A DNA stretch of 64,000 bases from Trichinella spiralis (lineage: Eukaryota): NCBI RefSeq assembly GCF_000181795.1, contig NW_003526941.1:6187422-6251421 (forward strand), given 5' to 3'. The translations under genes were made by a program, and so were the position numbers. The notes below the pieces were generated by a model. That model did not search any database and was not told the origin of the DNA. It was given only the letters and a program-made list of their open reading frames with translations. Shown one piece after another: positions 1-27,190 of the stretch (position 1 is its first letter; every line of letters starts with the position of its first letter).

Positions 1-1038
1 TGCTAAAGTTTGATAAAGTTGACGTTCTGGAAAGTTCCATGGCAAAGTAACCCGAACTGTTGAATAAATGGACTCTAAATTTTGCATGCGCCTCTCTTAA
101 TACACAGGAAAGCATCCCATCTGGAACTCCCTTGAAACGGCCCCAGGATAGTTGAATTTTGATATAGGAAACGTGTGTTGCATTATCGTGAGATATTCGT
201 TGAAATTGCGAACTCTTGTGCAATATTTCTTTGTTTTGAGCAAGTCGATTTTTCTTCATTTTCCGTCCATTTGGAATAAATTTATAGAAATTGTTTCAGA
301 ACGGTTTGAAATGCCCATAAAATTTTCCATTTATTAGTTTCCTATTAGTTTATTTCATTTGTTCGACCAGTAGAATTGCATTTCTCCAGCTGTAGCTGTC
401 AACATTTATTAATACCTGAGTGTCTATCGTATAACTAGAATATGTTTGATTTCATGAAATAACAATCTTATCATTGATTGCTATGCTGTTCATGATACTA
501 ATTATTCATTGAGCTTCTCAACGATACCAAGAATGCAGCTGTTTGAATCAGTTTTCGCTCAGGCCATTATACTCAATTGACGCTTATGCAAACTGCTTTG
601 AATGTAGTTTTTTGTGAAAATGATTGTTTGCAAATTGTGAAAATATAATAAAATAACAAATTATGACAAACTAATTCACCCACGCATGGGATTTATTCTA
701 ATCTTTCAAGATATATGCATTTAGGCTCAGTAGAACAAAGGCCTCCCTCTAGGGAACACAAATGTATTATTGAATTCTTTCTTCATATATGGGAACAGTA
801 TTGTACAATTATTTATTACAGAAACTAACAATAATACTCAATTGATTATTTAATGAGATATTTGACAATATTGCTTGTTAGCAAATGTGTCATTTAGAGA
901 GGGAAATAATGCATGATTCCATGAAAACTGTAAATAAACCGGTTTATTTTGAATTATTCTTATTTCCGTATCATATTTAATCAATTAAATTGCAAAAATA
1001 AAAATATAGATTTCAAGGGGTTTCTGTATTACAAAAGT

Positions 1039-1788
1039 NNNNNNNNNNNNNNNNNNNNNNNNNNNNNNNNNNNNNNNNNNNNNNNNNNNNNNNNNNNNNN
1101 NNNNNNNNNNNNNNNNNNNNNNNNNNNNNNNNNNNNNNNNNNNNNNNNNNNNNNNNNNNNNNNNNNNNNNNNNNNNNNNNNNNNNNNNNNNNNNNNNNNN
1201 NNNNNNNNNNNNNNNNNNNNNNNNNNNNNNNNNNNNNNNNNNNNNNNNNNNNNNNNNNNNNNNNNNNNNNNNNNNNNNNNNNNNNNNNNNNNNNNNNNNN
1301 NNNNNNNNNNNNNNNNNNNNNNNNNNNNNNNNNNNNNNNNNNNNNNNNNNNNNNNNNNNNNNNNNNNNNNNNNNNNNNNNNNNNNNNNNNNNNNNNNNNN
1401 NNNNNNNNNNNNNNNNNNNNNNNNNNNNNNNNNNNNNNNNNNNNNNNNNNNNNNNNNNNNNNNNNNNNNNNNNNNNNNNNNNNNNNNNNNNNNNNNNNNN
1501 NNNNNNNNNNNNNNNNNNNNNNNNNNNNNNNNNNNNNNNNNNNNNNNNNNNNNNNNNNNNNNNNNNNNNNNNNNNNNNNNNNNNNNNNNNNNNNNNNNNN
1601 NNNNNNNNNNNNNNNNNNNNNNNNNNNNNNNNNNNNNNNNNNNNNNNNNNNNNNNNNNNNNNNNNNNNNNNNNNNNNNNNNNNNNNNNNNNNNNNNNNNN
1701 NNNNNNNNNNNNNNNNNNNNNNNNNNNNNNNNNNNNNNNNNNNNNNNNNNNNNNNNNNNNNNNNNNNNNNNNNNNNNNNNNNNNNNNN
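1039..1788. other. Assembly gap (750 N), followed by low-quality sequence with scattered Ns to ~2460
   Basis: Run of N seen directly; the 949..1806 ORF exists only because of it. Confidence 0.99.
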
Positions 1789-3915
1789 AATATTTATGGG
1801 CGGTAAAAAAAGGAAGTTATAAAATTGGTGTCCATTCAGTTAAAAGGAGCTGGTACCTAGCCATGATGATAATAACTTTGCCAGTGTTCCGAGAAAAAAT
1901 TTATTCATTAAATTTAAAAGGGGAACTGGGATTGTTTAGTGAACCATTTCAATTCAGACNTTTGATTCAACCACCCTTTGAAAAGAAGNNAAAAATGAAA
2001 TGNCCTAAAAAACAAGAAGGGAATGGCAAAACATAACANTTTANCAAAAANCGGCAAAAAATAATGGAAATTGATAATTTTAATTGTGNTATCACGGTTG
2101 NTCATTTTAAAAAGAGTGGTCAAACCAGTCAACATTGTGTATCATATATACAANNCGACACAATACANGAAGCTNAATTATTTAAAAATTTATAGGATTT
2201 TAGCCCTCTCAAACTTTANCATCGTGCACTAATGGAACATTTCATTTTATCATGATTTCCAATGAAAAAATACTTCTGCAAACCGATTTGAGAAAAACAT
2301 CATCAATTTTTACCAAAAAATAGCAAAAGGTTTATTGGAACTGAAAATTCAGATATCGAAGAAGGATTATTTTGATAGAATTCACTTGACTCAAATTTAA
2401 TAAAACATGGGTGAGACCTGACGGCACCAANTTCCNTCCTAGTAAACTTCGTCANTAAAAAGTGATGTTGGGTAAATTGGGTGGTAAGTGCTAGAGTTTC
2501 TACCCTCCTAGCTTTATACTCTATTGCCAGTGTACATGAATTACAACATCAACCTGCGGTAGAATATGAGCAGCTTGCCGTCTCTACTGACAATTTCATG
2601 AAAGTGCTTATATTCTGATATTTTATTTTCAGCAATAATTCGTTTATAATATGTTTATTATTTTCCTTTTGAACAGTTTAATACTTTAATACACTGCTGC
2701 TAAACGTAATCATGAAATTTATAACAAAATATAGGTCTTCTTGATAAAGCATTATCTAGTTATGTCGGGCTATTATAGATTCAGTATCTACTTTCAGCAA
2801 TATTATGATGTTAATCAATTTAAATATGTAACTTCAAAATAATTACCTTTTCACCATTTGGAGAAACTATTTTGAAGAGGTGTGTAACGTGATTCACCAT
2901 TTTGAATAAAAATGATGACGCTTGTCAGACGTCCTTTGAGAACATCTTCCATTCTAATGTTGCTGGAAACCATTCACCTATAAATATTTCAAGTCAACCT
3001 CACAAGATGATTCAATTCATAAATTTTTGTAGAATCAAAGTATACGCAACATGCACATCGATAAGTTATATATTATGATTAATATTTCGTTTTCTTTTCG
3101 CAAATAAAAATTTGCATGAAACATGTGCTTAACACGCTGTGCAAATAATGTCTGTTATGCTCAGTAAACAATCTCCGCGACCGTTGATGCAAAATCACAC
3201 AAACAACAAGATATGCGATAGAACTTTCGAATATTAACGATAATATTTTGGGGTTGCTTTTGAAAAAGGGTGTTATATATTCCAAAATGTAGCAGAACCG
3301 TACAATTTAATTTACAATGCTCACAGGCATCAATATGCTAATCAGTTTTATTTTTATGCATGCTTTCTTGTTGTGGTTAGTTTCCCTGCTGCTGCTATAT
3401 ACAGTTATTTATCCTGTTTCGCTATTTTAAGCCAGTAGCCACGCATTTGCCTTTTTTAAATATTACTCACTGTTAATATTGATTTTTTCAGCTTTTTTAT
3501 TATTATAAGAGAAACAAATCGTTGCAACTTGTCTGTCAGCAAAATAATAATAATAATAGTAATGAAAATATTGTGACATTGGTAAATTTGTGGCAGACAA
3601 ATTATTGAAAAGACAAATAACAAAGTGAAAATGAGAAATTGATAAAATGGGGAAAATTTTTGAATGAAAATGAAATAAGGTTGTAGTTGTGGAATGTGAA
3701 TGTAAGAGTACAGAAAATTGAATGCGAGTGTGTTCTTATTTATTATGTTAAACTGGCGCATCAATCTACTTTGTCAGCAGGTCCAAATAAATTTTAAATT
3801 TAACAGAGATATTTTTTTTAAAGTGAAAACTAAAAGGAAGCTAACATATATGTACGTGAGTGCATACGTTTGGTGAAAAACCATTGCTGCCTTCAGTTAT
3901 CCGTATTATTAGTAC

Positions 3916-4001
<86 letters not shown>
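3916..4001. repeat. (TAT/TTA)n microsatellite, ~28 copies
   Basis: Perfect trinucleotide run; it produces the poly-I and poly-L ORFs 3841..4026 and 3870..4166. Confidence 0.98.
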
Positions 4002-4003
<2 letters not shown>

Positions 4004-7000
4004 TTCACATTTATTATGCTTGTCAAGTTATGCGAATAGCATATATCACAAAAGTATCAGCATACATTCTCAAACATCACTTACCTTTTTAAAATACATG
4101 ACTTTCAAAAGTGGAATTATATTTCGCACATGCCACTCTTTTGTTGCATTTGTTTCCAAATCATGACCATCCTGAAAGTGAATAATATTATTGTGGTCAT
4201 CTCAACATGAAAACAAATATTGGTACACGTTTCTATAAAGCATCTGAAAGGGAATAATAATAATACTAATACAGATGTTGATTAGTGTTCTTTCACCATA
4301 ATTAAACGTCAACCAAATAGCATTCATAGAAAAGTAAAGGCAACGTAACATCAAGCATAATTCAAAGATGGTAATGAAGTGTAGAATTATAGTTGAACAC
4401 GTGCCTCTAGCCGTCGCACAGCACTGAATAACTGAACATAATAAAAATGCTCTGAAGTGGTGTTTGATAGTAAGTAAATTATGCAAATAGAAAACTACTT
4501 TGCCTCTGGTAAGAACAGGCTAATTTTATATCACTAATAGCGTAGCAGCGTGCATATGATGAACAATTTTATTAAATGACGAACGTCATTTGCTTTTTAT
4601 TTAAATACATAATATAACGTAAAATTTCCTTACGATGCAAATTTCTTTCACTGAAATATTATGAAAAGCTGAAAGACTAAATATTTCTAACATAATCTGT
4701 AAAAACTTCTAAATTAACAGAATTTAGCTGGGTGAAAGTGTATTGTCATGCAGTACATTGTATTACATGTTTTCCTTACAATCAATATTCGAAGTATAAT
4801 GAGCAGTTTTTATCTAAAATCAACTTATAAAATATAATATCAGTAAAATACACGTGTTGAATAAAATTAATAATATATTTCAGGAAAAGTTAGTATAGAA
4901 ATAATGTTCAGCTTCAATCCATTAATAGGAGCCACGATTACTGAAAATACCATAATAATAAATATAATTAGAAGAAGTGACAAATAAACGATTGATACAA
5001 ACAACACAATTACAAAAACAAATACGATTTGCTAAAATTATCAACAAGAAAGAATACAAGGAAATTTTAAATTCTATACATGCTTGTGATAAAGAAATGC
5101 AGCAAGTAAGTGAAAGGTGAAATATCCCCTTTAACAAAACGAAATGCGACATACAGAAAAATCGCTAAATCGCTTCACTTTCATGCTCTGATTACAGCAT
5201 AATACTAGTTGAATATTTCTGAAAACATAAATAGCATTATACATTTGTATTTGAAAAATGATTAATATAGTTGTCAAAGAAAGTCAGCTTTATTGCTTCA
5301 AATATAATGGATTGAACAATACGAAAAAAAATATTGAAACAGGCTAATCATTTTTAAAGCAAAGTGCAAAATGCTCACTTATTAAATTTCACGCTAATTG
5401 GGTATATATCAACAAAGTTACGGTTGCGTAAATATTCTATCAATCAAGTTAAACAAACTGCCAAATTTAAAAACAGTTTATTTCAGAAATATAGAAATGT
5501 GTTCAATCAGACTTTGCAGAACTCTCCAATTTATCGATATATAACTATATTCATCAAAAGAATTCAAAATTTCAAAAAAATATTTTTCCCTAAAAACGTG
5601 AAAACAGCAAAGTCTATAGCCCACAAAATTTCGAAATTTTCGAAAATCCTATTTTTTTCCAAAAATAGTGTCGGAATGTATGAAAAAATTAAAAAACAAC
5701 AATGAGGTTGTTCCCACGTTGGTTGATTCCGTACTTCTTGAGATATTGTAGAAAAATTGAAATTAAAATACAATTTTAATGATGAAGAAAGGAAAAGAAA
5801 TAAAATAAAAAAGTTGAAAAGATATTAGTAGAAAACGATTTTGCTAAAGTTTATCAAGAAATCCACAATATTTTGTACAAAAACAAGTTCTTGCTTAAAC
5901 AACATTTGTTCCTGAATTTCGTTTCCATATTACAGCATACAAAAAGTTTCAAATTTTTGTTAACGTTATTTCATTGATTGAATACACTACAGAAATAAGA
6001 ATTAGTCAAAATAATAATATGTAAATGCAATTTCAATCCAACGTGGGGTTGCTTTTATCTGTAAATATCACAATCGCTAACGAGTTATTTCATCAAATTT
6101 TTCGAAAAATCAACGATTTACGATGACTGCATTTACAGTTCATTTTCATTAGCGGTATTCAGGGAGTGTTGTAAAGAAAAAATACATTCATAGAACCATA
6201 AGTTTAATATCACTGAGAAGTTAGTTGAATAATGAAAATGATGTACAGCACAGTAATTAGTAATATGACTGTTTATTAACAAATAAAAGATACGGAAAGC
6301 ATGCGACAGTACAAACAGGTGTTAATCAATGAGAAAGCGAAAAATCGTTAAATATTGATATCAATAGTGCATTATAAAGGGATGAATTAATATAGAGTTA
6401 GTATATCAGATGCTCTATGTCCATTTCCTGCTGATTTGAAGCAACTTCCATCAAATTAAAGTGTTTTAAAATGATGTTAAATTCGATCGCTAAAATGCAA
6501 GAAATATTGTGCAAAGCATAAAGTTTTGGATGATTCTTTCACTGAAATACCAAAGGTGTTCCATTTTCTGAATTGCGCGCATGAAGGTTGCATTTAAAGA
6601 AAATGTCAGATTTGAGAATTTTCTGTGTATTAACATAGGCAATGGTGCCAACTTTAAAAGCCACACGTATTAAGCTCGAGGCTGTTTTCCATGCAACTTC
6701 GCAAAACAATTTAGTTTATCCATATGTATCTATTTTGGAAAGAAAATGCAAATATTGCTAAACAACTTTGTTCTGCCCTGAAAACAGAGTAGCCTATTTA
6801 GTCCATGAAATTTTGATTTCTATACGAAAATCCTTCAAACAATTGATATAGATAAATCAAAAAAATGCAAAATCTATTACCACATTTTCCACACAATTCC
6901 TAGTAGCGTAGTTTTTGAGATTTTGCTTTAAATGAGCTACCAAATTTCGATGTTAATGGTAAGGATAAAAAAATGTATGCGTTTGATAGTCACGCATAGA

Positions 7001-8309
7001 AGTGGCTTTGATTAAAATTCACTTCGACGCAGCAAATCGTTTCCACAATAAGGATGCTCTTAGTAATAACAGAATAAGATAAAATTTGTACTTGATTTCT
7101 ATTTGTTTAATACAGGCTGCATGTACTTCAGACGTTTTATATGAGCTATTGCAACGAGTGATAACAGTTTAGTAGTAGCGTACAATAAAATTTATGATTT
7201 TCAGATTAAACGTTCATTGGAACACACAATATTTCTTACATAAATGCTAATTTCCAAAATGAGATTTGAACTAAGTTCCTACGTATCGCAAGGAGATGCT
7301 CATTAGTGTAGATAGATGATTATATAATAGTTATTATGCATGCAGACAGTGAAGCTCATCTGAAGGTTAGTCAGCGAAACTGAAATCCATTAATTTGCAA
7401 CTAAAATAGTCTGTAGTGATACATAGAAAAAACGTTAGTACAACTGTAAAGACGACTTACCGCTTAACTATCGGTGATATTGAAGAGGTGACTTCATCGT
7501 ATTTCTTGACTGATGATCTTCACATTAATTACTATGAAGATAACATTTTGAAAAGTAGGTCAAGTTCATGGAAATCAAATAATGCAAATTTGTACGTACG
7601 TACGTACTCTTTCGTGGCTTCATTTTCAATGATGCTTGTTTTCGCCATTGTTCGTTCACCGGAACGGTCAGCAAATCGCCAAAAACAAACAAATTTATTC
7701 TTCATTTATTTTACGAACGCTTCAAAAAAAACATGAATATATACACGCGGAAGCTTGAAGAGAAAAGAATGCCTATAAGGTAAAATAAAAAAGGAAATTT
7801 CAGCTTTTCAAAATCAGTGCAAATGATTTTTGGAAAAAAGAGAAGTGAAACAACCCTAAAAATCAACAGCGACACACGCAGGCAAAATAATAACAACGAA
7901 TTTGTTGTATGTCTGATGTGAAAGTATGTTATGATTATGAGTCATATTGGTATTGCAGTTAACGCAGACGACCGACCGATCGGTGAATGCAGTGAACATG
8001 AACTGTGGCTTTTTTGCTTGCAATAAAGTAAAATGCATATTAATAAGTATGTAAAAGAAAAAAAACATATTTGTAAAATAAACTGAAACAATAACAAAAA
8101 CATCCAGTGACAAACAAATGAGGAGAAACGGTTGGACGCGAAGAAACAAACAAATAACAGTTTTCGTAGGAAAATCATAATTAATAAGTATATAAGTAGT
8201 GGAGCACCCCTTCAAGAAAATAATAAATACTGAACAGTAGACAAATAGAATTGTCAATTGTAGATGGATTTATAGAACGAGTGTGGATTAGAAAAGTGGA
8301 AATTCGGCG

Positions 8310-22097
<13,788 letters not shown>

Positions 22098-24938
22098 CAC
22101 TCACTGCCGCATCGCAAGAGCTAGCCGCGTCACACTGCACCAATTCAATCACTGCCAGCTGCGCCTAATTCAAAAGCACCAGTTTACAGTAGGAGGGAAA
22201 ATAAAATTCGATCTTCAAGTACTAACTACATAATAATAATAACATCCTTGTAAGAATGTTTCAAAAATAAATAATCAGATGTAAAGAAAAAATGCGTATT
22301 ATTTCAATTGTACAAAAGTCACGAAAAAATGTTTTGCAATATTACATGCATATTTTTTTAAATACAAATACACTGGAAAAGTTGTAAACTGATTTTACAA
22401 ATCTTTTCATATGTCAGTGGAATGATACAATCATTTTGACAGGGAAAGTATCAAAACCATTCCCTGACCTGAAATACTTAAAGACACAATCTAGCCTTGT
22501 CGACATGTACGTAGATTCGATTCTAAAATAAGCTTGTACAGATTAAAAAAAGATATTTTCCCCAATTCAAATCAACCAGAACTGTTGAATTTTATACACT
22601 GCAATGGAAACTGAAAGTTACTTTGCCAATTGGTAACTTTCCGCTTATTATGAGAACAAAAAACAATCTTTCGAATAAATAAATTACCACGACGTGCAAA
22701 ATGCAAAATTCGGCCACATTCTATTCGCATCCTACATGTAGACGTTAAATGGATTAATCATTAATAGCTGATTAATATTAAATGCCATCGTTAACCTTGT
22801 TCAATAAGGGTTGTTCTCACAATACTTTATCTACAGAATTTGATCTTGTTGAACAAAAATGGATCTCACGCTGATGATGATAACGATTATAGATGAACAA
22901 ACAAATCATATATCAATAATTTCAATTAATCATCATCATCATTATCAATCGGCTTGCTGATATGAATAAGATAAACATCAGAACACGAGTACAAATCTGA
23001 AAACAACTTAGCAAAATCGTTCATTTCAACAGCAGCCACTACGATCATTCATCATATACTACAAGCAACCGAAACAGCAAAACAGAAATGAATAAAAAAG
23101 CAAAACAACAAGGCTTAATCATGAACGTTTGTCATCGATCATTTCATCTGTCAATAAATGACCAAACAAATTACTAATGGAGAAATGACGCACCAATTTA
23201 AAAAAAATTTTCATTTCAATGAAAGCAAGTGTCAAAAAGCGTTGTTATCCATTATCATCTTTTGAATGAATAATATTTTAAAGAAAGAATGTGAAATTCA
23301 CTTGCATCCGGTCGGCTATTCGTTCACATTCTTCAAACTATGCTTGGGGACAAAAATGCATTCAAGCAAAAAAGTTGTGAACAAAAAATTCTCGTTATTT
23401 TCAATTCTGTTGAATAAAAATGTTTCAACATATTTAACTTTGAAAAGAAAAAAAAGAAAACTGATGTTTTCCCAACAAAAATCGAAACTATCATTAAATA
23501 TGATCATTTCAAAAAGAAATGTATAATATATATATATATATACATTTGCACAATATTCCCATAAATATTAAAGAAATTCAAAAGAAAAAGAGAAAAGAAT
23601 GACTGCTGATTTTGTATTGGTAACGTTCATCTGATACAGAAATTTAAATATATATGTTCTGCAGGTGAAAGAGCTTTTTATGGCATGAAAGTATCGTATA
23701 CCTCTCCTCATAGCAGAAGTTTGATAACAGAAAATGAATAAGTATTTTCTTCAATCTTCAATTATTTAAATTACTTACTCTATTTTGTGTTTGACAAAAA
23801 ACAGCTTTCAAATAATAATAATAATAATAATATAAAAACGTCAAAGTACCAATGAAAGATTCTTTATCAAAAAACGAAGCTCACCAACTTTACAGCTTCA
23901 GCAAAGTGGCAGTGGAAATATTTTTGCCAAACGTGACGCAAATGATCAGTTCGAAATAAATAAATAAAAGCCAAGCATACGTGAATGCTAGCAACAACAA
24001 CAAAATGATGCAAACAAAAAAGATCTACGCTGAAAATGTTGCCGTTGGCCACTTTTTATAATGGAAACTTCTTGAAGAATGATGACAAACGATATTTTTT
24101 CACTTTTAGCACAGCTTATGAAATTGGTCAATTCAGCAGTCCGAAACAGTTTTTGAAACAGAACTGCAAAATACCAATGCACAGTTACTTTATTATTATT
24201 TATTACAATATATGAAATACCATGCTGGAAAACATTAAACAGTTGCCTGCTAAAAAACTTGCTAGCAACAAACAATATCTCATACTCTCTTTCTTACAAA
24301 TACAAATTGTGAAAATTTTCACAGCACTCATTTTCATATCATCTGGTGATTTCGTCGATAAAATAATAAAACCGAAAGAATACACATTACAACAACTGTC
24401 ATAATTTGGTAAAAATGATCATTTAAATTATGAAATTCAAACAAATTCTTCAGTAAAGATTGTATCAGAAGAAAATAGCAAAGCAAAATAAAATAAAGTT
24501 TACCTCTATCTGGACAACAGAGCTGAGTTGTGATGTGAACATTCTCTCTGCACGAAGTGTATCAACGAGGTAGATTGGAAAAAGCAGATACAAAAGGCAC
24601 CAAAAATTAGAGAAGGCACATTTGCATAATGACTTCAATTATATGAACCAAATAAAATACACGTTAGACAATAAAACACAAAAGAAATCGGTTCAAAATA
24701 TACAACGTGTGTTCTGCGTGTGCAACACCGTAATAGAAGAGCAGAAAAAAAAGAAAAGAAAAATGACGGTACAAAACATATTTATTCAATTAATCAAAGC
24801 ATATACAAATCATTATTGAATTTCTTGATACAAAATACACGACTAGAACAGATAGATATGTATAAAACGGAGAGGAATATATGTTATCTAAAATATATAT
24901 ATATAACACATACACACTGCACGTTGAAATAAAATTAC

Positions 24939-26900
24939 TTAGGCTGTTTTCGCGCCTTTTGTTTGCCTACAATCAGAAGAGATTGCTTCGATTGAAAGAG
25001 AAACACCATGTTCCATATTGTTCGCCATCAGCATTGTCTGATGGCTTTCACGTAGCAAGCGTTTGGCGGTCAGATCATCAGTTCCTTAAACAATTAATTT
25101 ACAAGCAACTTTTTGACTAATTTTACATATATATTCATATTTATTTATTTATTTATTTGTCACCTTCCAATCGAAGAATGATTGGCAAGCGAGAGCCAAT
25201 TTTTTCCATAGCTGCAATTACGCCACGAGCAATTGTCTGACAATTTACAATACCACCAAATATATTTACAAATATCGCTTTCACCTGCAAATGATTAAAA
25301 CAAAATTTCATTATACATTTGTAAAAATCACCTGTAAAATACAGGGTGGAATTTAAAGTGAAAAAAAATAATACAAAAAAAGAATTTCATCATACTTTTG
25401 GATCGTGAGATATGATTTCAATGCCGTGGCTAACTTGTGAGGCATCGGCTGAACCACCGACATCAAGAAAGTTAGCCGGTTCACCACCATGCAATTTGAT
25501 CAAATCCATCGTGGCCATAGCTAAACCAGCGCCATTCACAAGACAACCAATATTTCCATCCATGCTGACAAAATTCAAACCATACGACTCCGCTTCATTT
25601 TCGCGAGGATCTCTGTCTGATAAATTGGTAAGAGCAAAAATTTCTCTCTGTCTGAATGAGGCATTGTCGTCAAAATGCAATTTCGCATCCACAAGATATA
25701 CTGAAAGAAAATAAAAAGATCCATCCATTAAATATATAAACAAAAAAATTAACAAACAAAAAATAATTACCATCACTATTTGTAGTTTCACAAATTGGAT
25801 TCACTTCGATCATCGTAGCGTCCGTACGAACAAACATCTCATACAAGTGTAAAATCTCATCTTTTGCCTATATTCGTTGAAAATTGAATATTAATAATTA
25901 TTTAATTTATTATTATAGTTACCTTTTCGGTTGCGTTTTCTGAAAATTGCAAAAATTTTGCAATTTTCAAAGCTACTGCTGGACTCAAGCCTACTTCCAA
26001 ATCAATGGGAAGCTAAAAGAAAAAAAATGATTGAAAGCAAAACGTGCAGTTATTATTATGTCAAATCAGTTCCAAAAACCTTCAACATCAGTTCCGGTGA
26101 TTTCACTGAAACTTCTTCAATGTCGACACCACCCGAAGGACTAGCAATAATCAGTGGACTTTCCAACGTCCGGTCAACCATGATCGCCAAATAACCTTCT
26201 CGCCATATTGGTACCGACTCTGCTATCATTACCTGAATAAATAAATTATAAACAAAAATACAAAAACGAGCTATAGAAAATGAAAAATAATTCCAATCAA
26301 TTCGAACCTTTTTCACCAATATCCCATCGGATGATGTTTGATTGGTAAATAAACGATGATTGACCATTTTCTTGACATACTCAATTGCTTGTTTAGGGCT
26401 TGAATTAATATGAAAATTATGAAAAATAAATAAATAACTAACTAAATAAATAAATAATCAATACCTTCTGGCTAACTTCACTCCACCTTCTAAGCCATTG
26501 TCAAACTTGCCCTTACCTCTACCGCCAGCTAAAATCTGCGCTTTCACAACATACTCATTGGCTACTTAAAGCAACCAACAATTAATAATAAAAGCGAAAA
26601 AAATAAACTTTTTTTAAATACCAAATTTCTGCAATCTCACAGCCGCCTCTTCTGCAGCTTCAACAACGATGAACTTTTGAACTGTCAAACCAAAATTGTC
26701 CAACAACTGCTTACTGTGGTATTCTTGCAAATGCAACGCCCGGCGTCCTAAAACTTCCAATTACAACTGCATTCCAAGCAAAAAATACCACCAACAAACG
26801 CACAAAATGTTAAAGAATTTTTACCTGTCGACAACTGCCAGCCGCCATATGGAACAAAAAAATTTGTACGTTTCAACAGCAGCAAAAATGGAACTCTCAT
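24939..26900 (-). CDS. SUCLG2: Succinate-CoA ligase [GDP-forming] beta subunit, mitochondrial; 10 exons
   Basis: Exons 26900-26825, 26747-26622, 26564-26465, 26398-26308, 26232-26080, 26012-25923, 25867-25771, 25700-25396, 25284-25164, 25084-24939. Motifs [68 protein letters not shown] points to the GTP-type rather than the ATP-type (GGIMRC). The N-terminus [13 protein letters not shown] resembles a mitochondrial transit peptide. Confidence 0.93.
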
Positions 26901-27190
26901 GCCTGACAGCAACAATAAATATCCTGTATGTTCGATTAAATAAAATACAACTGGAACAAAGCAAAACACAACCGTAAAAGTAACAAATTTTTGCACAACT
27001 CGATGCATAAATGTACACAATTACAGACAGCGTTTTTTTCAATAAACGTTTACTAAAATTCAATTTTTTGATATCATTAAGTAGGATCAATAAAAATGAA
27101 AAAGGTTGATTTCACCAGGCAACGATTTAAAAGCTGACTTTAAAAAAAGCAGTAGTATGCTTGGGTTGAAAAAAACAAAAAATAAAAAAT

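Noticed and set aside
949..1806. 285-aa ORF
   Set aside because: Almost entirely an N gap; artefact.
1789..2600. Possible transposon remnant beside the gap
   Set aside because: Low-quality sequence with Ns and no recognisable transposase or reverse-transcriptase motif.
3841..4166. Poly-Ile and poly-Leu ORFs resembling membrane proteins
   Set aside because: Translations of a (TAT)n microsatellite.
5540..6930. MITE-like AT-rich segments, including palindrome AAAATTTCGAAATTTT near 5626
   Set aside because: No paired terminal inverted repeats, target-site duplication or second copy visible in the window.
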